A stretch of 61,761 nt of DNA, counting the filler, from Aduncisulcus paluster (lineage: Eukaryota), in NCBI GenBank assembly GCA_024181965.1. It is 5 parts of 5 records of this genome, joined end to end, with 100 filler letters (N's around TTAATTAATTAA, not from the genome) between each part and the next. Parts side by side here need not be neighbours in the genome. Positions count along the whole stretch, not along the records: positions 22,885 to 37,494 come from BQXS01010792.1; 4 more parts are not named here. One strand, given 5' to 3'. Of the stretch, positions 22,886-35,178 are shown one piece after another (positions within the stretch are counted from its first letter, which is position 1; the number at the start of each line of letters is the position of its first letter). A program made the translations under genes and the position numbers. The notes beneath the pieces are model-generated. The model was given only the letters and a program-made list of their open reading frames with translations. It searched no databases and was not told the DNA's origin.

Positions 22886-24688
22886 GAATATGGAGGTGAT
22901 CCTGGGAGTATCATTGAAGGAAGTGAGGGTAAGAAGAAAGATGAATCGCAGACCGACATGGACCATGAATCTCTTCAAAGCATCGAACAGTTTGATCAAG
23001 CTTGGGATGATAGTTTGAGGAGTCAAGTCATCATTCCATCTTCCTCTTCCTCTTCCTCTTCCTCTTCCTCTTCCTCTTCCAATCCTCTGATTCAACTGAC
23101 ACGAATGAATCCCCTTTCACCCTCTGACCTCAAGACAATGGTTAGAGACATTAAAGGGACTGTATCACAAGGATCTCTGACATCTCTCTATGAACAGTCT
23201 TCTCGTCGTCTCAAGGAAACTTTTGAAGAATGGCTCATCAAGTTCTCTATAAACTCCATTCCCATCTCATCCTCTTCCCTTACATCTGGTATCTCTCTGT
23301 TCACACTTTGTTTCGAATGTCTCTCCCTATTCGTACGACATGAACACTCCTCATCCCCAATCTCTGCTATTGATGCAGCAGCTGGAAGTGTGAGCACATT
23401 GACACTTGATGAAGAGTCTTTCAAAGATTTGATTGAGACCTTTTTAGCACCCATGATTCGAGTTGTATCTTCTCTGAGAAAGCTGGATGAAGATACCGAA
23501 AGAAAAGGTAATGAAAGTCTTATTGTTATTGAAAGAGCATTGGTTCATATTGTGTTGATTGCTGAAGAGACAGTTGATGATTTCAAGTCCAAACTGATTC
23601 CTCAAATATCTTCTGTATTGATGCGGGTTGTTGATGAATTTGATCATAAAACTTTGGTTGATACTATAAAGAAATGTCCAGACTCAGAGTCAACTTCAAA
23701 AATTTACCACGAACATCGAGCATCCATTCTCTCTGTCTTCCTTGCATGCCAATCGAGAGGTGAAATAGAAGAACATAAAAGGGAGATTGTTCTGTGTTGT
23801 CAATGTTTAAGATGGTTTGTTAGACATTCTATTTCTGGAAATTCTATCTTTCTCCCTATTCCTGATCTAAATGATCTCATTGACACTTTCATTGATCATC
23901 TATCAAGAGTTGAGAGTATATTGGAAGCAGCTGTTGATGAAGATTATTGTTGGATTTGTACTAATTATACTTTCGAAGTTCAAGATAAATGGGATTCCTT
24001 CCTCCCTAAGATATCTCCCACTTTCCACAGCATTCTTGAAAGAGGAAGCAAGGAAAAGTTGGAAGGGAATGTTCCAAAGTGGTTGTTAAGAACACTCGGT
24101 AATATCTCCAATTCCAAATCTTCTTCCACTCTATCATCCATTTTCACCCTCATCAAACCATATGTCAAAGATTGGATGACAAGAATATTTGGGGATACAG
24201 AGTATTATAAACAGTGGTTTGTCATATTGAAATGCCTTACTTGGTCACGCGAAGATGATTCTCCAAACAAAGCTATCTGTTCCGAATCATGGCCATTCTT
24301 CCACCCTATTCTTGCTTTTGTGAAGAGAGAATGTTGTGGGGATAAGGTTGTTGAACATCATTATTACAAGGTTTTAGATTTCTTCTCAAACCTGTGTTGT
24401 GATCCCTCCCATGTTCAAGAAATATATGACAACATCAAGGATCTTCTCGATGGTTGGTATGAAGCTGTGAAGAAGAAGAGACATGAATGGGGAATCAGAT
24501 ACTGGTCTAAACTCATTTCCATGCTATCCACTTCTCCATCTCTTGTTCCTCTCTTGTCTCCTAAATATGACACCCATATGGAGTGGTGTAAGGAGAATGG
24601 AGGGGATTGGGGGAGTTATTGTTCGAAGTATTCCAAAACTAGTGCCGTGAAATCAAAGAACTCAAACAAAGAGTGCTTAATAATGTGA
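22886..24688 (+). CDS. Helical (ARM/HEAT-like) repeat family protein; probably the 3' part of a kinase fusion gene
   Basis: The frame is open from the contig edge (EYGGDPGSII...), resembling the post-kinase tail KYGGYRGSIM of the 10704 gene. It has poly-Ser followed by helical repeats (FFSNLC..EIYDNIKDLLDGW..WSKLISMLS). Confidence 0.75.
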   Translation, partial: EYGGDPGSIIEGSEGKKKDESQTDMDHESLQSIEQFDQAWDDSLRSQVIIPSSSSSSSSSSSSSSNPLIQLTRMNPLSPSDLKTMVRDIKGTVSQGSLTSLYEQSSRRLKETFEEWLIKFSINSIPISSSSLTSGISLFTLCFECLSLFVRHEHSSSPISAIDAAAGSVSTLTLDEESFKDLIETFLAPMIRVVSSLRKLDEDTERKGNESLIVIERALVHIVLIAEETVDDFKSKLIPQISSVLMRVVDEFDHKTLVDTIKKCPDSESTSKIYHEHRASILSVFLACQSRGEIEEHKREIVLCCQCLRWFVRHSISGNSIFLPIPDLNDLIDTFIDHLSRVESILEAAVDEDYCWICTNYTFEVQDKWDSFLPKISPTFHSILERGSKEKLEGNVPKWLLRTLGNISNSKSSSTLSSIFTLIKPYVKDWMTRIFGDTEYYKQWFVILKCLTWSREDDSPNKAICSESWPFFHPILAFVKRECCGDKVVEHHYYKVLDFFSNLCCDPSHVQEIYDNIKDLLDGWYEAVKKKRHEWGIRYWSKLISMLSTSPSLVPLLSPKYDTHMEWCKENGGDWGSYCSKYSKTSAVKSKNSNKECLIM

Positions 24689-25096
24689 TTTTTATTCGAA
24701 TTTAGATCCTTTCCTTGTTTTTTCTTCATTCAGATATCACCAAGAAATCAGAAAATCTAATTTGAAAGGCGGGAATGATGTTTTTCTATCAAATAATTGG
24801 ATTTTCTGATTCTTTCCCATTCCATCGGGTTGTTTTCTTCGCTTTTCTTTTATCCTCTTCTCTTTCCTTCTCTATCTTTTCCATGCTCATCTCAACGGCC
24901 TCTTTAACACTGTACTCAGAGTACAGTACTCTACAAGTCTTGTAGTATAAGATACCAAGACGATCATCCTGATGTGCCTCTATACTATTCTAAAATTGTG
25001 TGGGCTTATCCACTTCCTGTATTTTGAAGTTTATTTGTTTATCAAAACCGTTGAATTTGTTTTGTAAATGAAATTGATTGTAGAATGAGATTCAAT

Positions 25097-28000
25097 CTAC
25101 ATTAAGAACTTTTCCACCCATCTCTTAATCCTTTCATTCCATTTTGCAACCTTCTTCATCTTTTCCTCAAATAGATCCAAACATTCCATGAATATTCTGC
25201 CTTCAGAGCTCAGTAAGAATATTATTTTGCACCATTGTTCCATTGCTTTCTTTGCCCTTCCCTTTGATTGCCCTCCATCCCCCCACTTTTTATCCGAAGA
25301 GTGGGAATGGCTTTTATATTCCTCCAATCTCTCTGGCGAGGAACACTGCTCTTTTTCCGAGACAATATCAATGTACCAACATTCAAGAAGATCTTTGACA
25401 TGATAGAACATTTGCCCACGAACATCCTCATTGTGTGAGATATTACCAAGAAATCCAAGGAAATACCAAACATCACAAACACTCAGAGAATTACCACAGG
25501 AAATACTACTTCCAGACGGAGATATACACGACATATCATGATTGTTTTGAGATAATGGGGATGTAAGTGCCTTGCAAGGATTATTGTGAGAAGATTTGCA
25601 ATGATATTGAGTTGTGTGAGATTCTTTGAAATGATGAAACCGAATGCAAGGCTCAAATAGAAGGTTAAGAAGAGGTGAGAATACCCTTCGATGAAGAGAA
25701 AACTGAATCTTTTGAGAGAAAGAAAGGTTCCACATTAGTAAACATACCAATTGCTCCACTTCAAGCACTGAATGATCATTCGGAGGAATAGAATACCCTT
25801 CAACATGAATAGACGCACGTTCTTCAACTTTTTTATGGCGCATTCTCAATTTTTGAATCCATTTGAGGCTTCTATCCTTTATCAGTGCCCAGACTTTCTC
25901 TCTAAACGCTGTCGATGAATTCTGAATCAAATTAATCAACAATTGGAATACTCTTGGAAGGGTAATAAAAGGAAAATACCTATCATAAGATTCGATAACA
26001 AGAATAAATTCTTTAATATTATCCCAAATCCGTTCCTTATATTCCAAGTATTCATCGATCATACTTTTCTTCTCCTTCTCCTTTTTCCTCTTCGTTTTGG
26101 TTTTTGTTTTCTTCTTAACCCTCTTTTTTCCAGTAGAGTGATGATGGTGACCTTGTTCATTCTCTTTAACCTTCGTGGCAGAATCATGGAAATGTTGAAT
26201 TGAATGATCCTCTGTCAAAATAATAAGAATCTCTAACACCAACATTCCCAATGAAATGTCATAATTACTATGACTTCCAGTTGAAGAATGCACAGGAGCT
26301 TGTAATGTGCTTTGAGGGTTGTCAGAAATATGGTGTAACTCACTTGCAGCCACATCAGATATTCGAAGCCTATCGCATATTCTTCCAATTGTGCCCAGAA
26401 TGTATATTTTATCCTTCATCCAGAGGGAAATAGAAGTGTTCTGCAAAATAGTCACAAGTTCAGACTTGGAAGCATGTTTGAAGCGTTGTTTCTCACTCCT
26501 TTTGCTCAACTGAATGGAACCTCGTATCTTGAACATCCGATCAATCTCGTCACTTCCACTGGAACTATACAAAGACATGAATTGAACAGGAAGGCATAGT
26601 TTCTCCCTGAATTCGTCCAATAAACCAAGAATATCGTGCAATTTAAGGTAATGTTCACATAGTTTCTTAAGGTTTGCCTGTTGCTTAAGATGGAATTGAA
26701 CCATTTCTTGTGCAAGTTGAGCCTGTGATTTTGAGCTTGCCAAAGGAATACGAGAATATAAAAAGGAGCCAGAAGAGGAGGAAGAAGGAGAAACAGTTCG
26801 AACAGCACACTTGGGCGTATTCTGCCTATATTTAGAACTTTGAGAAAGACGAGTTATTGATTCCAATAAAGCTCTTTTTGCCTTAGACACAAGGGAATAT
26901 ATATCCTCAATAATTGTTCCAATACTAATGGGTAGCTGCGGATATAGCGAAAATGCAAAGGATAAGTTTCGTACCAATCTACTCCACATATGAAGAGAAT
27001 CAAAGAGACTCGGGTCAAAACAGGCCAATACTGAGTCGTCAAGAATTAATGAATTGTCCTTTTCTCCAATTTGGTGGCTAGAAGACAACGATTCTCCACC
27101 ACCAATTCTCTCAGCGGAGGCATCAGGTTTTGAAGGAGGGCAAATTGAAAGAAATGGCATTCCATCTTGCTTAACAGTATAGTACCGTATACCCATTTTC
27201 TTTTCCTCTTCCTCTTCACTTTCTGTACATGATGATCCAATAATCATAACTGTAGATATTGAGGATGATCTTGAAGCAAAACTGATATGTTCATGAAGCT
27301 TTTCAACCGATTCTCCAAAATGTTTAATCAAATAAACTGATACTTTGCGTATAAACTCCTCCAAAGATTCCCACAATAATTCTCCATTCCCTTCAACGCA
27401 GCACAGATTAGCATAGAATCCAAGAAGAGGAGTCACATGAGTCAAATCGATGACAGGATAAGGATACTTGTGTGACACTATACCAGAAGGTGAAGGAGCA
27501 AACGAGGGACCAGTGATTCGTTGCATTTCAAGACCAGGTTTATCACTCTCATCAATTCTCCGATATTCATATTCGTATTCGTATTCATATCCATCTGGTT
27601 GATCCTTTCCATCTTCCACTCGAGGAAACACACGGGGATCGGAGTTGTCTATCTTCTTCTTATCTTTTCCAGTGTTGTCAATTGAGGGATCTTTTGAAAT
27701 AGGATCAACTTCTTCTTTCACAGCAGGTTTAACTTGTGCACCAGTGGTTTCACCATCAGTCAGTTGGTTAAGTTTCTCTTCCTCTTCCTCCTTCGAGCTT
27801 GTCCCTTCCTCGATTTCCTCACACTCTTCTCCCTTTTCTTTGGAGAAATTTAATAGAGGGATGATATACGGGTGCATATATTTAATTAACACTCCAATAT
27901 TCATCGGACAAACACTCAGTTTATGCAAGATCTGACACATTTCAGAGGATACCTTTGTGTTGACAAACAAGGAAGGAGTGTTCAAAACGAGGGATAAGAA

Positions 28001-29690
28001 AGGAATAAGGGACTTCTCAGTCCAAATTGACAACGAATGCGGGGGATATGTTGAAAACTGGAAAGACGATGAAGCGTCAGAAATAGGATTCAATTGAACG
28101 TCGGCACTCCCATTTGTTGGTTGTTTTGGAGGAGATGGTACAGTTGTTCCACCTATGAGCTGAACATCAGGCTTCTTACCAACACAATGGACTTTATATG
28201 AATCACTAGAGTCTGTTAGGGCTATTCTGCATATTCCAAGGAGCATCCCAGCGAATATGTGTGTCATTGAATGCTCGTTAATCTCTTTAAAACTCGGAAC
28301 GGATGAACCTTGATCATGGGACTCACAACTGAGGAAAGAACGTGACTTTGGGTCAGAATCAGCAGTGGAAATGGAAGTACTGCTCGCTGAAGTCGCACAC
28401 ACGGAATCCACCGATTCCATTTCATCCCGAACAACGAATTCTCCCAACTTAATAAGGGGAAGCAGTGACATTGATGAGAACTGTGGATCTCTGACAGCTT
28501 CAGGGCAAGCCAAACAGAGTCGCATCACCCACAAGATGCACTTCATGTCACCAAGGTTGATCTCAGAACTGCCTTCTAGCAATCTGGCAGATGATACTGA
28601 TGTCTTCAATCCACGCATTTGAGATGAGAATCTATATGAGGAAAGACCTAGGATAGGGCTATCTTCTGTAACTCTTCTCTCATCGTCTTTCCCACTCTCA
28701 TCGTCTTTCCCACGCTCATCGTCTTTCCCACCCTTCGAAGCTGCAGTAGATATGTGAGAAGAAGAAGAGATTCTTTGAGAAAAGGGAGAAGGAGTCTCCT
28801 TTCGTGACTCACTGTCGGCACAGATCGTTCTTATAACCTCTTTCTCGAATAAAGACTTTGTAAATGAACGTACGAGATGTACAATGAATTCAACTAACTT
28901 TGGTTTATCATCGATAATTGGAATAATGTTCTGTGCAAGCTTTCTCCTGAATAAGATAACATTATTGAAATATTCTCCATTTCTCTTAAGCTTCATAAAG
29001 CTATGTATTGAAGAAGAAGGAGAAGAGGAAGAAGGGGAGAAAATAGAGTGACTATCAGCATGTATGTGTCGTATATAGTTTTCAGCAAGCGTTTGTTCCT
29101 TTTCAAGCTGTTGATTCATAATGTTCTCAACGGTTTCTCTTCTTTCCCATTTTGCAAGTGCAGAAGGAGAAGCAGAAGAACTAATACCAATCACAGAATC
29201 TGATTCATTCTTCTCTCTTAACTTTAAATTCTGGAGCATTCCATGTGTCAACAATAACAAATCGAAAGAACTAAAAATATTTCTTCCAAACTTCCGAACC
29301 TGTCTTCCTTGTTTTCCATCTTCCCCTTTACCAACAGTCGAGACAAACAGATCTCGGGATTGTAATATCTCTGTTTTAAGCAACGACTGAGGAGTGAGTG
29401 GACCTGATTTTAAAATCTCTTGGGGAGTTAAAAATAGACAATTCTTGAGAAACACTTCAACGGCATACTCAATTGTCTCATTTTCAGGATAATTCTGTTG
29501 TAGCTTTATCATTTTATCCCTTACTGTAAGCACTAGGAAGGGAATATTTCCAGACCAATAAGAGAGGGAGCAGATAAACGAACACCAATGTTGCAGCGAT
29601 CTTTCCATCGAAGATGACGAGTACTTTACCAATCTTCGTTGGTCTGCGTCAAGAGAAGAGGACGAGAGATAGGAATTATTCCTTGGGGAA

Positions 29691-29722
<32 letters not shown>

Positions 29723-32302
29723 AGAGGAGGAAGAGGAGGAAGAGAGTAACATGGTTGAACCAGTGGTTTTAAGCGAGGACAAAGCATCTCTATCTTCTTG
29801 TGATGTTAAGAATAGTATCCTCCCATGTTTCAAAGTATTGGAAGGCACTTTCCTGCTTTTTGTAGAGAGAATATCATGGAAAACGACCAAGTATTTCGAT
29901 AAAGCAGTCATCATTGGTGGAATAAGAGGAGAATAAAACGTGATATTTGTAAAGAAACACAACAATCTCCTCACATAAAAGAATAAATTCTCCCCCAAGA
30001 TTCTCTTATTCTTATTATTCATGTCCTTTTCTCTGTTTTTTCCGTCAGATTTATGTTTTTTCTTATGATATTGCTCTTCTCCTTCTTCTCCTTCTTTGCT
30101 TCCTTTCTTTTGCCATAAATCCTTTTCTTGATCTGATTTTTGACTTGTAATAACCTTTTCACAGGTTGGAATAATGAATTTCCTCATGATATTCTCAAAC
30201 ACAATATCGTATAACTGGAATTCAACGCCATAACTCAAATCGACCAGGAGATCGATCAAATGGTTCACACAGATCACAGACTGACACTCTTCAACAAAAA
30301 AAGGTAAGTGGGGAGATACTTGATCGAATAAATATGAAGTGAGATCAGAGTCTGAGCTTTGAAGACAGTTTTTAAGGATGATAACCACTCGTTCGAATAC
30401 AGCTTCATTCTTGAGCTTAGCATAGAATAGCCTTTCTCTATCCTTCAAAGTAAGAGAGGAAGAGTCAATGTAATGATCAACAAGCTCAGATGGATCCGTG
30501 GATTGCTTGAATACAGACACACACGACAAGATGGGCGATACAACACTGCGAGCAATCTCCTCACATGTGGAGCTGTTTGAAAGGAAAGATAGCTCAATAA
30601 TAAGCTTTAGGACAAGCATAAGACTCTTTCTTTTCATATCTCTCCTGAAACCAGTATTTACAGAAGATAAGTGAGTTAAATGTTTTAATAAGGGAACTTG
30701 TTGAGTTTTCCACACGGTGTGAGCATGCTCTTCTGTTCGATTATCTTCAATTTCACTCACTAAATTAAACAACGTACTGAATTCAATCAAATCCTCGTCA
30801 ATATCTCCAGGTTTCCCTGCTCTAAAGTCGTCAGGTCTCAAGCTAAGTGTTGTATTCTTCCACAAGGTATATTGACGATTAATCGAATCGATGTTCGACC
30901 ATTGCCGTCCGATTGAACGAACCCTTCGAGAACATACCACAATACACGATTCCATGAGATCATTTTCCTCACATAGAGAGTTCAATATTCTCAAATACAT
31001 ATTTATAGATACTTGAGCATTATTGAACCGTCTGGAAATCTCAACATACCGCCGGTGTTCGTCAGGGATCTCTCCAATCTGATCAAGATCATCAAGATCC
31101 AAACTGCTCCTCGATGAACGTGGAGAGATTCTTAAAATAGAAGTAGGACCACCCACACCGGTGCCAGAAGTGTAATTATGACCGCTAATAATAGAAGCTG
31201 TGCGCATTCTTCGTTCTTCCCTTTCCTTGGCCTCACTTGCGGATGTCAGTTCCCGAGACATTCGTTCTCCCCATTTTGACATGTACGGCTTAATCCTTGT
31301 CCACAATAATCGTTTAAGCTTCTTTCCAGCTTCTTGATGAGACTTTGTGAATAATTTTGACTTTTCTTGACATTTCCTTCCACCTTCATTTGATGTGATA
31401 TCTCTATCACAAGAATCTACAGGATTCAGGATATTTATGCTTTCTAAGCCATCACATATGTCACATATTGTTGTCAAAAATGATAACAACGACACTGGAA
31501 AAGGTTCAGGCGAAGCAAGAGCAGGGTTAGAGCATGCAATCTCGATCAAGGGAGTGGATATATCCGAGAACAACACATATAACGTTGGAACTGAAGTCTG
31601 AGATGCCCCTACTGAAGTCTGAGATGCCCCGACTGACCTCATCCTCATCGAAGGATCCATATGTCCATCGGTGCTAGGCTGAATAGGATCAGTGGGAGAT
31701 TGAGAAAGAGAGAAAGGGGACTCTGAGGCCGAAGTGTGCGATGAAGAAGATGTACCGATGCAATAAGCTTGAAGCAACATATGAAATACTTTGATGATCC
31801 ATGTATACGAACGAGGACGAGATACTGAAGGCAAGATAGACATAAAGGTGGGCAAAAGGCCTTCTAAAACGATCTTAGAGAGTGTTTGTGGAGTGTGTGG
31901 AAGACGAAAAGTTTTGTAGGTATCGAATGACTCATATCCACTGACGAAAAATAAACAGTTACGAATAATAACACAGATACGAGTGAATACAGAGTTCGAT
32001 CCGTGATAAAGGGAGATATACTTTGATAAATGGGATAAATAAAGCAAAATAATGTCGATTCTAACAGAAATTGGAACACGGTATGAAAAACAAAGCAAAA
32101 TATCAAGAAATAATACAAGAGATCGATGATGACTATCATCACGATCAAAAAGGGTCTTATTACATAGAAGTTGAGTTGAGAATTTAAATAAATTATCTTT
32201 GATTTGAAAATATTTGTCCTTTAACGAAATTTTCCGCTCAGATTCAAATTCATCGGCAAAGTGGACTCTTTTCTCAGACGAACCCGAATCTCTATTTTCC
32301 AT
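25097..32302 (-). CDS. Large (~2400 aa) helical-repeat protein with low-complexity inserts
   Basis: Long uninterrupted ORF with a likely ATG at 32302 (MENRDSG). It has several divergent copies of the motif LxFxxNI/L...W..II/FIxxLS shared with the 22886 and 48593 proteins. Confidence 0.8.
28679..28731. repeat. 18-bp coding tandem repeat x3 (GKDDE(R/S))
   Basis: CTCATCGTCTTTCCCAC occurs three times with an 18-nt period. Confidence 0.9.
31590..31636. repeat. 21-bp coding tandem repeat x2 (SVGASQT)
   Basis: ACTGAAGTCTGAGATGCCCC(T/G) is duplicated. Confidence 0.9.
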
Positions 32303-32838
32303 GAATATATTTTTCAACTCAAAGTCAAGAAGATCGGATTTTTTTATAGATTTGAAAGATATATCCTGTTTTAATATTTCAAGCTCATAGAGCGAAAAAA
32401 GAACGTCTGAGAGAAAAATATTTAATAAAAACATATAAAGATAACAATACAATTTAGTTTTGAATATGATTCCCTCAATTCCCAAAGATGTCTGGAATAT
32501 TTCGAAAAGACATCAAAAGAAAAAAATAAGAATGTAATAAGTCATTAATATAAATCAACATACCACTACTCATGACGTTACTATTGATTTTGTTGTATTA
32601 GATAATTATCTTCAAAGAAAACTCCAAAATACATCATCTAGGTACATCGGATTACAATTCTAAAACATTATTAATATATTCTATCATTATGAATATCTTG
32701 ATTAAAAATTAAGCAGATAAAGTGATTGCGAGTGGCTTCTTTTAGACGTTACGAAAGTTGAATTTGCCGAGGGTTATTTTGATTGCCTCTACATTTGTTA
32801 TATAAATATAATCTTAATATTTCTCATATATCAAGCTA

Positions 32839-33534
32839 ATGGATCCGAAAGATTTTCATAAAAAATATATTAAAGCAGAATTAGAAGCTTTAGAAAAAGA
32901 TATGGTTATTTTGACTGATGAAGTTGGTAAAGAGATTGGAAAAGCATCAAAACTTGAGTCACACATTAAAGGAGGTTTGCTTCATAAAGCTTTTAGTCTT
33001 TTACTGTTCAATGTAGATGGAGAACTACTCCTCCAACAAAGAGCAGCATGCAAGATCACTTTCCCACTTTTATGGTCAAATACTGTATGTTCTCACCCCT
33101 TATATGTTGAATCTGAGCGTTATTCTATTGATGGAGTATTTCGTGCCGTCATTCGTCGCACTAGATTTGAGCTAGGTCTTGATCTCCCCTCTGTCATTTC
33201 TAAACAATTTCATATTGCCACTTTATTGTACTCAGCTGGTACCCGAGATGGGTTTTGTGAGAAAGAACTTGATTATATTATATGCGCTGTTGTTAAAGGA
33301 GACTCTTCCGGCATTGTTGATTTCTCTGTAATCAATAAGGAGGAAGTGAAGGAATTAAGGTGGATTTCAAGGACAAAACTGGAAGAAGAGATCAAAGAAT
33401 CGCCCGATATGTTTTCTCCATGGTTTAAGTTACTTTTTAGTTCCTTTTTAAATGACAAATGGAAAGAATTGGGAGTTTCCGAAGAATCCTTTGAAAAATG
33501 GAAAGTGGATGGGATAATTAAAATGTCTAAATAA
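32839..33534 (+). CDS. IDI1: Isopentenyl-diphosphate delta-isomerase type 1
   Basis: LLHKAFSLLLFN, LLQQRAACKITFP, WSNTVCSHP (catalytic Cys), ELG, EKELDY (catalytic Glu) and FSPWF. Confidence 0.95.
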   Translation: MDPKDFHKKYIKAELEALEKDMVILTDEVGKEIGKASKLESHIKGGLLHKAFSLLLFNVDGELLLQQRAACKITFPLLWSNTVCSHPLYVESERYSIDGVFRAVIRRTRFELGLDLPSVISKQFHIATLLYSAGTRDGFCEKELDYIICAVVKGDSSGIVDFSVINKEEVKELRWISRTKLEEEIKESPDMFSPWFKLLFSSFLNDKWKELGVSEESFEKWKVDGIIKMSK

Positions 33535-34001
33535 GTAATCACAAAATAAGCGAGTCAAATAAGACGTGTGAATTTCTTTTATTCGTTTCAAAATCTAAAA
33601 TACTATGGATTGTTTTTAATTGTTGAAGAAAGAATATAGGACCTTTGAAAATGAGCAGAAAAGAATCATGACGTCCGAATACTATAGAATATTAGAAACA
33701 TATAATTAAAATACAAGAGAAAGACTATATATAGCATAAAAGTGCAATGAATTCTGAGAAAAAACCAGGAAATAAAATGTTGATGTTTTTTATGATCAAA
33801 AGATCACTGTGGCATTAATTATTCTCAAATAACCTCTCAATTTTGATATAAAAGGCTGGATTTTCACCCAAGACCTAAGATACTCGATATTTCAGTGAAA
33901 TTTGAATTTTATACGAAAAAAATAGGTATATACCAAAACAAAAAGGTTAAATGAGACTTAATACTGGCGATAAAATCGTCGATAGTGCTGTATACGAGTA
34001 A

Positions 34002-34643
34002 TTACTCCAAACTACTCTCAGTCCAATATAATTTTGGAGTACTTGTCGTTCTACGGAAAGGACTGGTTGTACATGAACTGAAATTAGCTGCTAATTGACC
34101 AGTTTGTTTCGTAAGGTCATGATATTTCTTCTTTTCACGAACTAGTTCATCGCGAAGAGTAGATAGAATTTTAGAGTCAGAATGCAAAGCATCTTGCTCT
34201 TCTTTAAGTTTTGGATGTTCTTCTTCATAAAGTTTCCGTTGACTCATAATCCTTTGACGTATTTTTTCAATTCGGGAATTAAGTTCATGAGTTTTCATTC
34301 TAACATCCAAAAACCTAGTCTTCTCTGCTTTTGCATCCCTTTCAACACCAAAACTATCTTTTCTAATTGTTTTTATCCTCTCATCTGATACTTTGGTCTT
34401 CGCTACATAAGAATCAATTTCTTTTGTCATAGCAAGCTTTTCACTCTTCAAAATCGTAATTTCTTGATCCAATTTATCAATTTCTTTCTTTTTTATGGCA
34501 GCAGATTTATCTAACTGTCGTTTTCTTTCAGATAAATTAGCACAGAGTTTCTTTAAGTATACTAGCCGATCACATGCATTTCTAAGAAGGGAAAGATTAT
34601 CTTTGGCTTGTTTTGGAGAAAGAAAAAAAGTTTGATCTTCCAT
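34002..34643 (-). CDS. Coiled-coil hypothetical protein (213 aa)
   Basis: ATG-initiated ORF flanked by AT-rich intergenic DNA; heptad-rich K/E/L sequence. Confidence 0.7.
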   Translation of the reverse strand: MEDQTFFLSPKQAKDNLSLLRNACDRLVYLKKLCANLSERKRQLDKSAAIKKKEIDKLDQEITILKSEKLAMTKEIDSYVAKTKVSDERIKTIRKDSFGVERDAKAEKTRFLDVRMKTHELNSRIEKIRQRIMSQRKLYEEEHPKLKEEQDALHSDSKILSTLRDELVREKKKYHDLTKQTGQLAANFSSCTTSPFRRTTSTPKLYWTESSLE

Positions 34644-35178
34644 ATTAATGTTAGTGGGGCAAACGACGAAATTTTTTTCTGGACAACAAAATTCGAGCTT
34701 TCATAAAAATATATTGAATTTATTATGAATATTATTAAAAAATTTATCAAAATATTTGATGAAATATGATAAATATCGAGGGAACAAAATACTATTTTCA
34801 TAGTATGAAATAATTCATCCTCTATTTAGCCTTATAATTCAATAAAAACGTTAAAAAATAAAGTCCATACTGCTATAAGATGGAAAATATTCGCAAAATA
34901 CCCCACCGATTGGTGATCGTATATCATTATAGAGGTGAGATGGATATCTATAAATAACACATGTTGAGGAATAGTATAGAGACCATGGAGGTATATAACT
35001 TCAAACATTTCAGATTCTCTACTATATTGTACTATTCTATACTAACACATCACACATGAGTGCTCCTTCTCATCTCCTTGTATTAGAGTATAGTATAACA
35101 CATAGATCCACTTCTGTCAATGAGTAAACACCATAATTGACAAATATTATATCATAAGACAATGAATAATATTCATAG

